From positions 1-35,128 of the IMG/VR virus record IMGVR_UViG_3300044266_000112: 35,128 nucleotides of DNA. One strand, given 5' to 3'. Shown in pieces: positions 1-9,453 of this stretch. The stretch's first letter is position 1; each line of letters opens with the position of its first letter. The notes below the pieces were generated by a model. That model was not told the DNA's origin. It ran no database searches and saw only the letters and a program-made list of their open reading frames with translations. Origin of the DNA: a virus. Its lineage: Duplodnaviria; Caudoviricetes. The position numbers were made by a program, and so were the translations under genes.

Positions 1-89
1 TCATCGCTACCAACATAGTATGTGCTACCTAGGTAAGCACCTTGAGTTGCACCAGTACCACCACCAACAACGATACCTGATTGTGTTGT
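1..89. repeat. Imperfect terminal direct repeat, left copy (circularisation overlap)
   Basis: 1-89 aligns ungapped to 35040-35128; mismatches at 45, 56, 78, 79, 80; first 44 nt identical. Confidence 0.95.
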
Positions 90-643
90 AGCCACATCAG
101 TTGTTTCACCGTTTGTGTATGTGATGAATGTGCTTGTGCTGTTACCAGTTGCGTTGAAACTGTGTGTTGCAGCGAAACTGTTTAGGGAACCAAAGCGACG
201 ACCTGTTTGGCTTGCACCAGATACGCCACCTGCTGTACCGCTTTGTCCGCCGTACTTGGTACCAATTTGGTCAGCACGAACGATCTGTGCTTCAACATCA
301 AACATTAGCTCAATTAGCTGTTTTACTTCTTGGTATGCTTGAGGATCACCACCAGATTGTTCAACAGCACGAGCAGTACCAGTTGCACTGATAACTGTGC
401 TGAAAATCTGTGTGTAGTTACCTAGGTTAGCACGCTGGTTGCTTTCAGCCATGCTGCTTGCAACTGCCATACCTTCTTGGTTAGCTTGAGTAGCTGGTAA
501 ACGATAGACATCGTTTGTCCATAGTGGTAGTGTAGAAACTACCTTGCGCTTCTTGGCCATAGCCATGTTTAGCACAGGGGTGTCGTCCTTGACACGGTTG
601 GACACATCTAGGTCCAAGTCCTTGACAACGATATCTGAAGCGT
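1..643 (-). CDS. Major capsid protein, exon 2, 5' portion (continues across the contig join into 35039-34517)
   Basis: Stop-free minus frame (Y)ASDIVVKDLDLDVSNRVKDDTPVLNMAMAKKRKVVSTLPLWTNDVYRLPATQANQEG...RANLGNYTQIFSTVISATGTARAVE...; resembles HK97-fold capsids of the SU10/DUF5309 type; lies directly after the scaffold gene. Confidence 0.88.
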
Positions 644-906
644 CATTTGTATTCGCAATAGGATCGTTACTCCTATTACCGCCTTTTCAGGCTGCTATAT
701 GTTTCCATATAGATTAGACTATCTCACGATCCCCATGGGACCCCAGGCACTTCGCATCACTTGATGCTACGAGATTACTCTCTAGTCGTTACACCTTCCC
801 TTGCGGGCTTGGCACGGTATTGTCTTCAACTTTACTTGCTAAGAGTTTCACCGTTTTCACCTGGTTATTCAATGTGGGTTACCCCACAAGGGCACTTACT
901 TCGTTA
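644..906 (-). ncRNA. Group I self-splicing intron, ORF-less, 263 nt, IA2-like
   Basis: 5' exon ends in U (GCAT) pairing with IGS GTGC (U.G wobble); terminal omega-G at 644; P3 CCAGGT/GCCTGG; P4 ACGGT/ACCGT; P7 GACTA (787-783)/TAGTC (721-717); P7.1, P7.2, P8, P9 (CTATATG-GAAA-CATATAG), P9.1, P9.2; P10 GAAGT/GCTTC; removal restores the frame. Confidence 0.95.
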
Positions 907-952
907 ATGCTGTAGTACCGTTACCAATAGCGGATGTTGTAATTTGTGACAT
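907..952 (-). CDS. Major capsid protein, exon 1 (MSQITTSAIGNGTTA + first base of Tyr16)
   Basis: ATG at 952 preceded by AAAGGAAAATAAC; spliced gene 46+643+523 = 1212 nt = 403 aa. Confidence 0.9.
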
Positions 953-982
953 GTTATTTTCCTTTTAAAAATGTCTAATTTG

Positions 983-2155
983 TTATCTGCGACCTCGCAT
1001 CGCATTCAACTTTGCTAATAGCAGATTATCCTGGGCTTTCTTATCACCCTTATTGGCCTGTTCCTGAAGACGCTGAAAATTTTGTTGTTCTTGTGTCTTA
1101 GCATTTGCCACTGCATTGGTCTTCTTAGAAGTTAATGCGGCTATGCTACTACCAGCAGATTTTGTTGTTGGTCTTTCTCTGTATTTTAATCCATCTCTGA
1201 TCAAGCCTAGGATGTGTTCATCCGCACTGATCAGGTCTAGATTGTTAACACCTGGCACTAGTTGGTTATTAGCAGCCGTCCAATTCTTACTGACCTTTTC
1301 ACGAAGTTCATTGTAGACATATTCATTACGCAATTCCTTATCTTGAAAGTTCTTGCGATTCTGTTCAAGGACCTGTTGAACCTGTTGCTGACGAATTTGA
1401 TAAAACTGTTGAAGATTTGGCTTCAACTGCTGTATCTGAGCAACCTGTTGCTTGATCCAGGCTTCATTCTGTTGCATGTTTGCCTGTATGCGTAGTGCTG
1501 TGGCTTCATCACCTCTGCTCTGCGCTTGAGCCAACTGCTGTTGGAATGTGGTCTGATATCCCTGTGTCTTTAGAATCTCATCATAGGCTTTTTGAATCTG
1601 CGGACGAACTGTAAATTCCAGTGCTAGAGTTAGACCTTCTGCCTCAGCCCTTTTGGTATTGAGGTATTCTTCAAACTCTGCCTTTTGAATTTTTAATTCT
1701 CTGGCTTCTTCATGTATTGCTCCACCTTGTCCTAGGATGGCTGCGGCCCGTTTAGCATCAATGACCATTTCCTTACCGTTTCGCATGAACTTAAACTTAG
1801 CGTTTGGGTTCTCATCTGCAAACTCAATAAAGTCAATGATCTCTTGCTGTGTAGAATCTGGAGCACTTACCTCTTGAGGGGTGACACCTTCTTCTATGGC
1901 TGCTGATCCTTCTTCAGATTCGTGTGAATCAACTTCTGGTTCTACGCTTGAGGAATCGTTTTCCGTTCCCTCTGGCACCACAGGGGCTTCAGCTTTTGCC
2001 GTCTCTGAAGAACCTGTCTCAGTTTCCATGGATTGCTTTAATTGGTTACGCATAGCGGCCATTTTAACAGCAATTGGGTCCATAGATGAAACTGCGTTTT
2101 GAGCAGGGGCCGCGCTGTCTGCGTTAGGCGTGCTCACTACTTGTTCTGTAGTCAT
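983..2155 (-). CDS. Capsid scaffolding protein (putative)
   Basis: Acidic disordered N-terminus, long Gln-rich coiled coil, located between portal and capsid. Confidence 0.75.
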   Translation of the reverse strand: MTTEQVVSTPNADSAAPAQNAVSSMDPIAVKMAAMRNQLKQSMETETGSSETAKAEAPVVPEGTENDSSSVEPEVDSHESEEGSAAIEEGVTPQEVSAPDSTQQEIIDFIEFADENPNAKFKFMRNGKEMVIDAKRAAAILGQGGAIHEEARELKIQKAEFEEYLNTKRAEAEGLTLALEFTVRPQIQKAYDEILKTQGYQTTFQQQLAQAQSRGDEATALRIQANMQQNEAWIKQQVAQIQQLKPNLQQFYQIRQQQVQQVLEQNRKNFQDKELRNEYVYNELREKVSKNWTAANNQLVPGVNNLDLISADEHILGLIRDGLKYRERPTTKSAGSSIAALTSKKTNAVANAKTQEQQNFQRLQEQANKGDKKAQDNLLLAKLNAMRGRR

Positions 2156-2166
2156 CTAAATTTTCC

Positions 2167-2514
2167 TTAATTTTCTGTGGGGGCAGTTTGAATGCTTACC
2201 GCACGATTTTTATAATAGACTGCTCTTTGCAGGCTACTTACAAACTTGTCAATACCAGCGATGTTATGGGCGAGAGCAACTCGCTTACAATTATCATCTG
2301 CGGTATGTCCACTAATGGCGCTGAGTTCGTCTGCCAGGTCAAACTTGAAGTGGTGAACAAACAAGGCAAAGTCCTTGTTCTTGAGCAGGTTCTCTGCCGC
2401 ACTTCCATAGACCTTAATGGCATCCAGTTGACTGGGCGACATTGTCTTAATTCTATTTATATCTATTTTAGGTTTGGCGTTAAAAGCCGCCGTCAATTCT
2501 TCATCTATAACCAT
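2167..2514 (-). CDS. Hypothetical protein (portal-adjacent small helical protein)
   Basis: 115 aa, AAAGG RBS, tightly packed between portal and scaffold. Confidence 0.7.
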   Translation of the reverse strand: MVIDEELTAAFNAKPKIDINRIKTMSPSQLDAIKVYGSAAENLLKNKDFALFVHHFKFDLADELSAISGHTADDNCKRVALAHNIAGIDKFVSSLQRAVYYKNRAVSIQTAPTEN

Positions 2515-2535
2515 ACTATACCTTTAAAAAATAAA

Positions 2536-4881
2536 TTAGTAATTTGTGGCTTTGTGTTGCTTGATTAGAGCAATGGCATCCAACTGTTTGCCTGCACTTG
2601 TGCCAGCTGTGTCTGCATTTTCTTTATTAGCACGGGCCAACTGCATGGCAGCATCTGGAGTCTTACCAGCAACTTTGGCCAGGATTTCCTGTGTGCGAGC
2701 ATTGTCCAGGTCAGCCTGTGCTTTGGCCTTAACTTCATCTGGGCTAGGCTGTTTCTGTGCGGCTGCTTGTTGTGCCTGTTGAACCATCTTCATAACTTCT
2801 TCTTCAGTTAAGAGATAGGTATTGGCATCCTTAACACCAAGAACATACATCATGTCTTCATAGGGGCGGCGCATCTTAGCAAAACTTTCTGGAGTAATGG
2901 CATTGGCCTGTACACCCTGCATGACTTCACCAATTAACTGTGTCTGTGCAGCCTTTATGGCCTGGATACGCTGGATGCTGTTTTCCTGACTGGCCATACC
3001 AACGGCTAGATCAATGTGTATGATCTTACGCTCACAGAAATCCATGTTGTCAAACTTTTCAGCGTCTAGGAACACTGGTTGCTTGTCTGGATTATATTGT
3101 TGTGCTAGTTTCTTAACACCGTAATCATCACCATATTGCACTAGAGTGCGCCAGACTAACCAAAGCGCATCTTCTAATCCTTGAGCACAGTTCTTAACAA
3201 TGTTGTCCTGTATAAGTTGGTTTGGTCCCATGGCCAAACTTAGTTTAGCACCACTGTTGCCTGGGCTCATAACTTCTGGTGTGAATGTGTCTGTTGGAGT
3301 TGTCATACCAACCATGGCCATGACATCCTGCTGTATACGGCTCATAGCAGTTTCAACAAAGGCCAAATTGCCACTTGGGGCTGGCATTGGGTATACATCC
3401 GTTGCTGGGTCAAACTTGCTGTCCAAAATAAAGATAGCGGCTTCACCGTCTTGTAACATTTCAAAGTCAACGCGATCAGGTTTAACACCTAGGCGTGGAG
3501 TGGCTGTGAGCAAACCTAATTGAATCTCTGCTCTATGAGCGGATGTCATATATTCCTGCATAGGAACTAGCGATTCAGCCAAACTCATTCCATAGAAGTT
3601 TTGTGGCAATGGGCGTGGGCACATGTTGGCCACTGGAATAAACTCTACTTCGCGGGCACTGATAATGTATTGCCCTGAATAGATAATTTCAACTAGTTCC
3701 AACTCTCCGTCATTGTCAATATCATAACGGTTCCAGGTAGTTAGAACTGTGACCTGTCGTGCTGTAGGATCTTGTGCGGCATAACCTGTGCTAGGTAAGC
3801 CATTGATAGGCACTGAGTCACGAGCGTGAATTGCTAGGTTGTTTAATAATGAACCTGCTTGATACGCACCAACATTAGAGTATTCTGCAAACTCCATAAA
3901 CTTCTCAAGATCCATGTCAGGAAAACGCTCAAATGCTTCTTGTATGCTCATTGGATCATAGAAGCCACAGAAGTCCTGTTCTTGAATGTTGATGATTGTG
4001 GGATTACACATCCAATAGTGTTGTGCAATTGGACGGAAGCGAATGTTTAGGTTGTAACCAGTTAATTTGTATTCTGCTTCGTAGACTGTGTTGCGAGCAA
4101 TTGAATCATTTAGAGCCTGCTCGCCTTCTGCTAGAGGAGTGTTTTCTTCAGGTGTAAGAATAGCTGTGTTCAATGCTTCTTCATCACCATCAGCAAATTC
4201 ACGGAACTTGCTTTCAACACTGTCAATGAAATTTTGTTTCTTTTCAGCGTGTGCCATTTCATTAAACTGAGCAGTTTCTCGCATGACCTGCTCAATGTTG
4301 ACACGAGTTTTACGCTTCTTTGTGCGTAGTGCAGTCAGTCCTGCGTCTGCTGCCTGTGCTTCAAATGCAGTTAATTGATCATTGGTACCAGTTGTGGTAA
4401 CATAGCGTGTGATTAATTCACGATCTGGGCTGATCAGCATTTCGCCATTTTTGTGTAGAAGTGCGTCAGCGATCCAGTGCTGTAGAATAAAGTGTGGATC
4501 ATTGTTTTGGTTCACTAGTTTATGAACCATTTCAGTGGCCTGGCGGGCGGCTGCTGTATCATCTTCGTTATCAGGCACAAATTCAAAGTTGATCTCACCG
4601 TTCTGCATTAGACCTTTAGAGATAACTGCTGTAGAATAGTCTACACTGGGTTTTACCACAGGGTGAATATAGTCAATGCCGTTAACGGGTTCAGTTGATT
4701 GTGTAACAGCCAAGCCCAAATAGTGATAGTCACTTGCTCTGTTAATATTGTTCTTGGTGGCCAGTAAGCGGAGGTTTGCCGCGCATTTCTGATCCATGAT
4801 GCGCTTTAGGTGTAGGAAGCGTTCCATGCGTCCAGTTGGGTTATAGACTTCTGAAACTACGAAATGGCGTTTATCAAACAT
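2536..4881 (-). CDS. Portal protein (podovirus type)
   Basis: 781 aa after terL; portal-like segments (FEFVPDNEDDTAAARQATEMV, YDIDNDGELEL, FYGMSLAESLVPMQ) and a Gln/Ala-rich helical C-terminus as in P22-like portals. Confidence 0.85.
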   Translation of the reverse strand: MFDKRHFVVSEVYNPTGRMERFLHLKRIMDQKCAANLRLLATKNNINRASDYHYLGLAVTQSTEPVNGIDYIHPVVKPSVDYSTAVISKGLMQNGEINFEFVPDNEDDTAAARQATEMVHKLVNQNNDPHFILQHWIADALLHKNGEMLISPDRELITRYVTTTGTNDQLTAFEAQAADAGLTALRTKKRKTRVNIEQVMRETAQFNEMAHAEKKQNFIDSVESKFREFADGDEEALNTAILTPEENTPLAEGEQALNDSIARNTVYEAEYKLTGYNLNIRFRPIAQHYWMCNPTIINIQEQDFCGFYDPMSIQEAFERFPDMDLEKFMEFAEYSNVGAYQAGSLLNNLAIHARDSVPINGLPSTGYAAQDPTARQVTVLTTWNRYDIDNDGELELVEIIYSGQYIISAREVEFIPVANMCPRPLPQNFYGMSLAESLVPMQEYMTSAHRAEIQLGLLTATPRLGVKPDRVDFEMLQDGEAAIFILDSKFDPATDVYPMPAPSGNLAFVETAMSRIQQDVMAMVGMTTPTDTFTPEVMSPGNSGAKLSLAMGPNQLIQDNIVKNCAQGLEDALWLVWRTLVQYGDDYGVKKLAQQYNPDKQPVFLDAEKFDNMDFCERKIIHIDLAVGMASQENSIQRIQAIKAAQTQLIGEVMQGVQANAITPESFAKMRRPYEDMMYVLGVKDANTYLLTEEEVMKMVQQAQQAAAQKQPSPDEVKAKAQADLDNARTQEILAKVAGKTPDAAMQLARANKENADTAGTSAGKQLDAIALIKQHKATNY

Positions 4882-4899
4882 TGTGGAATCCTAATAATG

Positions 4900-4920
4900 T
4901 TTATTTATATATTTTACAGT
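4900..4920 (-). promoter_or_regulatory. T4-late-like TATAAATA box before portal-scaffold-capsid operon
   Basis: Minus strand ACTGTAAAATATATAAATAAA; core at 4909-4902, about 20 nt upstream of the portal ATG; near-identical context at 34439-34419. Confidence 0.65.
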
Positions 4921-4936
4921 TTAGCCTAGGATAACA

Positions 4937-6559
4937 TCATGTTACAGGGTTGAATGTTCGTTTCCATTCAACTTTATTAGCATCCTTGTTGGCTTTTATG
5001 GCATAGATTCGTTCTCTGGCTTCTGCCATTCGCTGTTGTGGACTGCGGTCATCATAGGGTTCTGACCATCCATTAAGGGCCCCAAGTAGAGCATAACGAG
5101 CACTATCAATACAATCATCAGGATCTGAGAAACGACCCTTTTCATCCACGAAATAATTCTTTGCTTCACGAAGAAACTCCACGCAGTTTTCATTTACATG
5201 TAGTGTGCCCAACTCTAACATTTGACGCATTACATTGACGCCAAATGATTTATTGTTTGTGACTTTGCCTTCACTGTCAGGTGGATTCATCGCAGGCTGA
5301 GGATGCACATTTAGATTGTAGTCTTCAAATAGTTGTCTAAGGCTTAGGGCACTCATTGTATAGCGACCTGCTGTGTTGGCATCACTGGGCAGAACAATAG
5401 GACAGCCATAGACTTCAGGACGCATTAGGTGATTGATCCAATTTACAGGGGCAGCTTCTTCAGTGCCCTTTACAACTATTTGGCTGTGCAGCCAAGCTTC
5501 TTGTTCCCTAGGGTTCCAATACAACAAACTGATAACGGTCTTATCTCTAACTAGGCCTAAGTCAAGTGCTATGATACGCTCAATGTTCATCATGCTACGG
5601 AAATCATATTCACCAGTCTTGTAAGTAGGCCAGTTTCTAATTTGGAATACTGCGCCCTGTCCCATAACTGGAATACCTGCAATACGGGCTTCACGCTCAT
5701 GTGGTAGGTAGTCGCGCTCTAATTGTCTCCTGGTTTCCGCTAATAGAAAAGGTTCTCCCCAAGGATCATATTCTGGAACATCCTCCCAACTTACGCGGAT
5801 GTGTTCATAACCATCTTCTTCATACCAGAACTTGCTTACTAGACCGTTTAGACCTTTCAAAGGCGTAAACGAACAAAGTACCTGTCCTTGTGTGGTGGCA
5901 GTTCTGGTTACCAGTTCTGAGAATACATCGTCTGGTGGCTGCTCATCAAAGACCACAAAGTCTAACTTGAAACCCTGTAGGTTACGAACTTCCTGCGTGT
6001 AGTTACCAAATAGCAAATAACTATTGGCACCGCTGGCATGACGGATTTCAACTCCTAGAACATTGGCACCATCACAGCGCATGGTATCCTGCACAATACA
6101 TTCGCGTGGAATAGCACCTGTTCCTACCTGTTCTCTAATTTTGATATCTTTGGTACCTATAAGTTCATCTTGTAGAACGCGAGCACATTGTTCCCAACCT
6201 TCACCTGCTACAAAGGCAGTCACAGGTTTATTGAAACGACGGCCCTCCCACCATTCTGGATAGCGTCCAGTTAGATGCATGGCAGTTTCAAAGCAGGTTG
6301 AAACAGTTTTACCAATACGGTTAGCGGCTAGGATACCGCGGCGTGGGTGATCACCAGTCTTAAAGAATGCTAGTTGATGCTCAAATGGACGAAAGTATTT
6401 GAGGTGGTTGAATTCCATATCGTCCCTAACTGATATAGCCCAGTCCTGAAATGCCAATTTGGCTTCAGTGGGCATCATCCACAGTGCATCAACGGTTTGG
6501 CCACTTTGATCACAGCACCAACGCACAGCACGGCGCATGAGAACATTTGAGTCAATCAT
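4937..6559 (-). CDS. terL: Terminase large subunit (P22-like)
   Basis: Walker A AANRIGKT, Walker B FVVFDEQP, coupling motif SFTP, RNase H-like nuclease ALDLG...DD.IDSARYA. Confidence 0.95.
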   Translation of the reverse strand: MIDSNVLMRRAVRWCCDQSGQTVDALWMMPTEAKLAFQDWAISVRDDMEFNHLKYFRPFEHQLAFFKTGDHPRRGILAANRIGKTVSTCFETAMHLTGRYPEWWEGRRFNKPVTAFVAGEGWEQCARVLQDELIGTKDIKIREQVGTGAIPRECIVQDTMRCDGANVLGVEIRHASGANSYLLFGNYTQEVRNLQGFKLDFVVFDEQPPDDVFSELVTRTATTQGQVLCSFTPLKGLNGLVSKFWYEEDGYEHIRVSWEDVPEYDPWGEPFLLAETRRQLERDYLPHEREARIAGIPVMGQGAVFQIRNWPTYKTGEYDFRSMMNIERIIALDLGLVRDKTVISLLYWNPREQEAWLHSQIVVKGTEEAAPVNWINHLMRPEVYGCPIVLPSDANTAGRYTMSALSLRQLFEDYNLNVHPQPAMNPPDSEGKVTNNKSFGVNVMRQMLELGTLHVNENCVEFLREAKNYFVDEKGRFSDPDDCIDSARYALLGALNGWSEPYDDRSPQQRMAEARERIYAIKANKDANKVEWKRTFNPVT

Positions 6560-6782
6560 TGACCTGCTCCAGGCGTTCTATGCGTGTGTGTAGGATTTTG
6601 TTTTGATTCTGTAGGCCTATGATGGCCGTGGTTAGATGTTTGGTCTGTGTGGCTACCATTTCTACAAGGTGGCTTAACTGCTTTAGGCGTTCCTGCAGTT
6701 CATCAATGCTGGCATCATGGCTCATGGTCTGAACCTGAAGTTGCTCCAGAATCTCCATAGGATCAAAGTTAGGGTTGAACAT
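6552..6782 (-). CDS. Hypothetical coiled-coil protein
   Basis: 76 aa with heptad pattern; overlaps both neighbours (translational coupling). Confidence 0.7.
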   Translation of the reverse strand: MFNPNFDPMEILEQLQVQTMSHDASIDELQERLKQLSHLVEMVATQTKHLTTAIIGLQNQNKILHTRIERLEQVND

Positions 6783-7056
6783 CGTTTTTTAATGAATGCC
6801 TAATTCGTTGAATATTAATCATTGCAGTGCTTAGATCAAGGATTTCATCAATGCTTAGTATCCAGGTATCAGGATTGGTTAAATCAACGCCTGGTTTTTT
6901 TTCTAACCCTAGATGTAATCTTTCAGTGATTAGGCGTTGAATGTGTTCTAGCTGTCCAGGAAACCTCTCCGCAAAGGCCTCGCGGTGTGCGCCGTTGACC
7001 TTTTGGAGAATGCGTGTATCCAAGACCTGGCGTTCAAAGTCTTTGGAAGAGCTCAT
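6769..7056 (-). CDS. Hypothetical protein
   Basis: 95 aa, starts 1 nt after the upstream stop. Confidence 0.7.
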   Translation of the reverse strand: MSSSKDFERQVLDTRILQKVNGAHREAFAERFPGQLEHIQRLITERLHLGLEKKPGVDLTNPDTWILSIDEILDLSTAMINIQRIRHSLKNDVQP

Positions 7057-7057
7057 A

Positions 7058-7879
7058 TTAGCTTAACCAAGGATTGTCAATGGCGCCCTGATTGAACTGT
7101 GTAAAGCTGCGATCAATCCAGACTGACCAGAAACTTTGTGTACGGTTGACACGACGCTGTGGATGATTTTCCATTAAGGTGCGTAGACGCTGTCCCATCT
7201 TGGTGTAGGTGCCATCTGCATAGCGAACAGCCTGTTCACCAGTGCGTGGATCAATCCATACATACTTTTCTGGGCGTGGGCGACCATACTTGTCTACCTT
7301 TTCACCAAAGGATTGCTTTTCTAGTGGGCCCATAATTTCATAACTGATTGAGCCATCAGCATAGGTCTTGAACTGGCAGACCACCTTGCCATCCAAAGCT
7401 CGCATGTTGCTGTCTGGGTGTGGAACTGCAAAGTCATGGAACACTGACATTACTTCTGAATCTTTGGGTAAGCGTGGATCACGCTTGGGAATGGGCTTGA
7501 TAGGATCTTCTGGAATTAGATCATTGTTGTCCACATAGGGATTGCTGCCTGTTAGATATCTAGGATCAATGTCTTTATTGTTAAGGACTGCTAGGGCAAT
7601 TTCATATTTCTTTTCAGGTGCGATACCTTTGAGTTTTAAGGCTACGCGAGTTTCATCAAATACAAACTTTTCTAGTTCAGTGGCAGTGGGAAAGTCAGCC
7701 TTTAGGCCTTCTAGGCTGTATTCAATGGGTGCGGGTTTGAGATCAAAGACTGAAGTGACTTCTTCAGGAGCGTCAAAGAGCTCTTCAGGAGCAATTGGTT
7801 GCTCTGTGTTAGTGGTGGTTTCTTCTGTGGGAACTTCGTCGTTCCAAACATCAGCAGCTTTGCCTGTGGGCTTTTTCAT
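7058..7879 (-). CDS. Hypothetical protein
   Basis: 273 aa, GAAAGGAA RBS, codon usage like neighbours. Confidence 0.8.
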   Translation of the reverse strand: MKKPTGKAADVWNDEVPTEETTTNTEQPIAPEELFDAPEEVTSVFDLKPAPIEYSLEGLKADFPTATELEKFVFDETRVALKLKGIAPEKKYEIALAVLNNKDIDPRYLTGSNPYVDNNDLIPEDPIKPIPKRDPRLPKDSEVMSVFHDFAVPHPDSNMRALDGKVVCQFKTYADGSISYEIMGPLEKQSFGEKVDKYGRPRPEKYVWIDPRTGEQAVRYADGTYTKMGQRLRTLMENHPQRRVNRTQSFWSVWIDRSFTQFNQGAIDNPWLS

Positions 7880-7967
7880 AATACATTTCCTTTCAATATG
7901 AAAAGGGTTTTGGACACACTACCCTTGAAGTGCTATGCAGGCCAAGTACAGCCCTGTCCTAATTAGA

Positions 7968-8240
7968 TTAACGCTTGAACTTTTTAACTGGCTTGACTTC
8001 ATCATGCACAGGTTCCAACATTGGATCATGCTTGGTGTTAAGTTCTTCCCAGTTACGGTGATCATAGGCTCGTTTGATTTCATCAGCTAGTCCAGCACGC
8101 TCTGCTTTGCTTTCTGCAAAGGTGGCACGCTTGCCAGGACGAGCACTGGCATTGCCCACACGGGGACCACTGCCAAAGTTTGTTTTCATTTTTGGGATAT
8201 CCATTTTATTTTCCTTATTTCTTTGGATGGCGTCCGCCAC
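7968..8240 (-). CDS. Hypothetical basic protein (start may be ATG near 8204)
   Basis: ORF in packed operon; AAGGAA lies before the internal MDIPK start. Confidence 0.6.
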   Translation of the reverse strand: MADAIQRNKENKMDIPKMKTNFGSGPRVGNASARPGKRATFAESKAERAGLADEIKRAYDHRNWEELNTKHDPMLEPVHDEVKPVKKFKR

Positions 8241-8260
8241 ATATTGGGCACGAATCCATT

Positions 8261-8449
8261 TTATTTCTTAGCCTTCTTTGCTATGGCAACGATCATGGGC
8301 TCTTTGTGTTTCAAGGCTGTCTTAACTTCATTTAAGACATGTTGACTAGAAACCTTCTTACCTTTGACCCTGCGAGCCTTAATGTCCTTAGAGACAATAT
8401 CGCTTTTGTAGGGTCCAGTGCCCGTTCCAATTGATCCAGTGCCAATCAC
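8261..8449 (-). CDS. Small Lys-rich hypothetical protein
   Basis: 62 aa, GTGA overlap with upstream gene. Confidence 0.55.
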   Translation of the reverse strand: MIGTGSIGTGTGPYKSDIVSKDIKARRVKGKKVSSQHVLNEVKTALKHKEPMIVAIAKKAKK

Positions 8450-8640
8450 TTCTTTAGTCCTCTCAGTGTTTCAGCAAGACGAGCACGCTGTCCTAACTTG
8501 CCAGGTGCCTTAGCAGCCTTGGCCAGTTTCTTAGCGGGAATCCGTTCTCCTGCTGGTACACCTAACTCGCGGTGTAGTGCGCCAGGATGTTGAATAGCAG
8601 CCTGAATCCACTTACCATGTTTCTTCACGGCGTCTTTCAT
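8446..8640 (-). CDS. Small basic phage protein (WIQ.AI.HPGAL type)
   Basis: KWIQAAIQHPGALHRELGVPAGERIPAKKL...RARLAETL resembles a small protein type I recognise from uncultured tailed phages; function unknown. Confidence 0.75.
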   Translation of the reverse strand: MKDAVKKHGKWIQAAIQHPGALHRELGVPAGERIPAKKLAKAAKAPGKLGQRARLAETLRGLKK

Positions 8641-8641
8641 A

Positions 8642-9016
8642 TTAGGTTCCCATCATTGGTGTAATGTAAACAGGATTGGTACCTGTTGAACTTATGACAG
8701 CTATGACTGCTGTGGTTGTGAAACCATTGTCTAATTGGCTTTGTAGCTGTGCTGGAATTGAGAATGTAGCATCCCATCCACCATTGATAACGGGACCTAG
8801 ACTAGGTGTGCCCACTGTGGGGAATGTGGCAGTGCCAGTTGAGGTGTTTACATAGAAACGGCATTGAACTGGATTGGTACCAGCGTTGACAATGCGATAG
8901 CGTTGCACTGGAAACAGGCTTGTAACTGCGGCATATGAACTCACTGATGTAGCACTAAGCGCCACTGTGTTACCAGCTGGGCTATAGTAGTCTGTAGAAT
9001 TATACTGTACGGGCAT
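8642..9016 (-). CDS. Beta-rich Ser/Thr-rich protein, possible capsid decoration or minor virion protein
   Basis: 124 aa, AAGGA RBS, composition typical of structural beta-sandwich proteins. Confidence 0.55.
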   Translation of the reverse strand: MPVQYNSTDYYSPAGNTVALSATSVSSYAAVTSLFPVQRYRIVNAGTNPVQCRFYVNTSTGTATFPTVGTPSLGPVINGGWDATFSIPAQLQSQLDNGFTTTAVIAVISSTGTNPVYITPMMGT

Positions 9017-9018
9017 GA

Positions 9019-9453
9019 TTAGTCCTTGTTACCAACGCGATTGTATAGTTGGCGGTCTTGAATCTTGTCTGGGTTACCTTTGAAGTTTTGACCTGCACTT
9101 GGTGTCCAACTACGACGGCCGCTTTCAACTGGGTTAGCACTTGCGCCTGCTGTGGCTGGAGCACGACGAGGACGAGCGCCTACATCACTGATGTTGCCCT
9201 TACGGTTAGGCATCTGGCGGAACTGAACATCACGGCCATCATTCATGTGACCAGTGTGTTGATTAACCTGAATGCTGCTAGCACGAGCACGCTGACTGGA
9301 ACCGTTGTCTTGACCGTTAAAGCCAAGGCCTGTGTCACGCTGGTTGCTTGCGGGTGTGTTACCCATCTTTGGTAGGCCAGCATTCTTTTTCATGTCGTTG
9401 CCAGGCTTACGGTGAACTGTATCATTAGGGATACGATATTTTACATCACTCAT
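9019..9453 (-). CDS. Hypothetical basic, likely disordered protein
   Basis: 144 aa rich in R/N/G/P; AAAGGAA RBS. Confidence 0.7.
   Translation of the reverse strand: MSDVKYRIPNDTVHRKPGNDMKKNAGLPKMGNTPASNQRDTGLGFNGQDNGSSQRARASSIQVNQHTGHMNDGRDVQFRQMPNRKGNISDVGARPRRAPATAGASANPVESGRRSWTPSAGQNFKGNPDKIQDRQLYNRVGNKD

Noticed and set aside
115-391. Two 75-aa plus-strand ORFs
   Set aside because: Antisense shadows of capsid exon 2; no RBS
644-906. Riboswitch, plain intergenic region or capsid pseudogene
   Set aside because: The full group I core and exact frame restoration explain the region better
2454-2461. TATAAATA inside the 115-aa gene
   Set aside because: Lies within codons (GAT ATA AAT AGA) about 300 nt from the next start; may be chance, so not counted as a promoter
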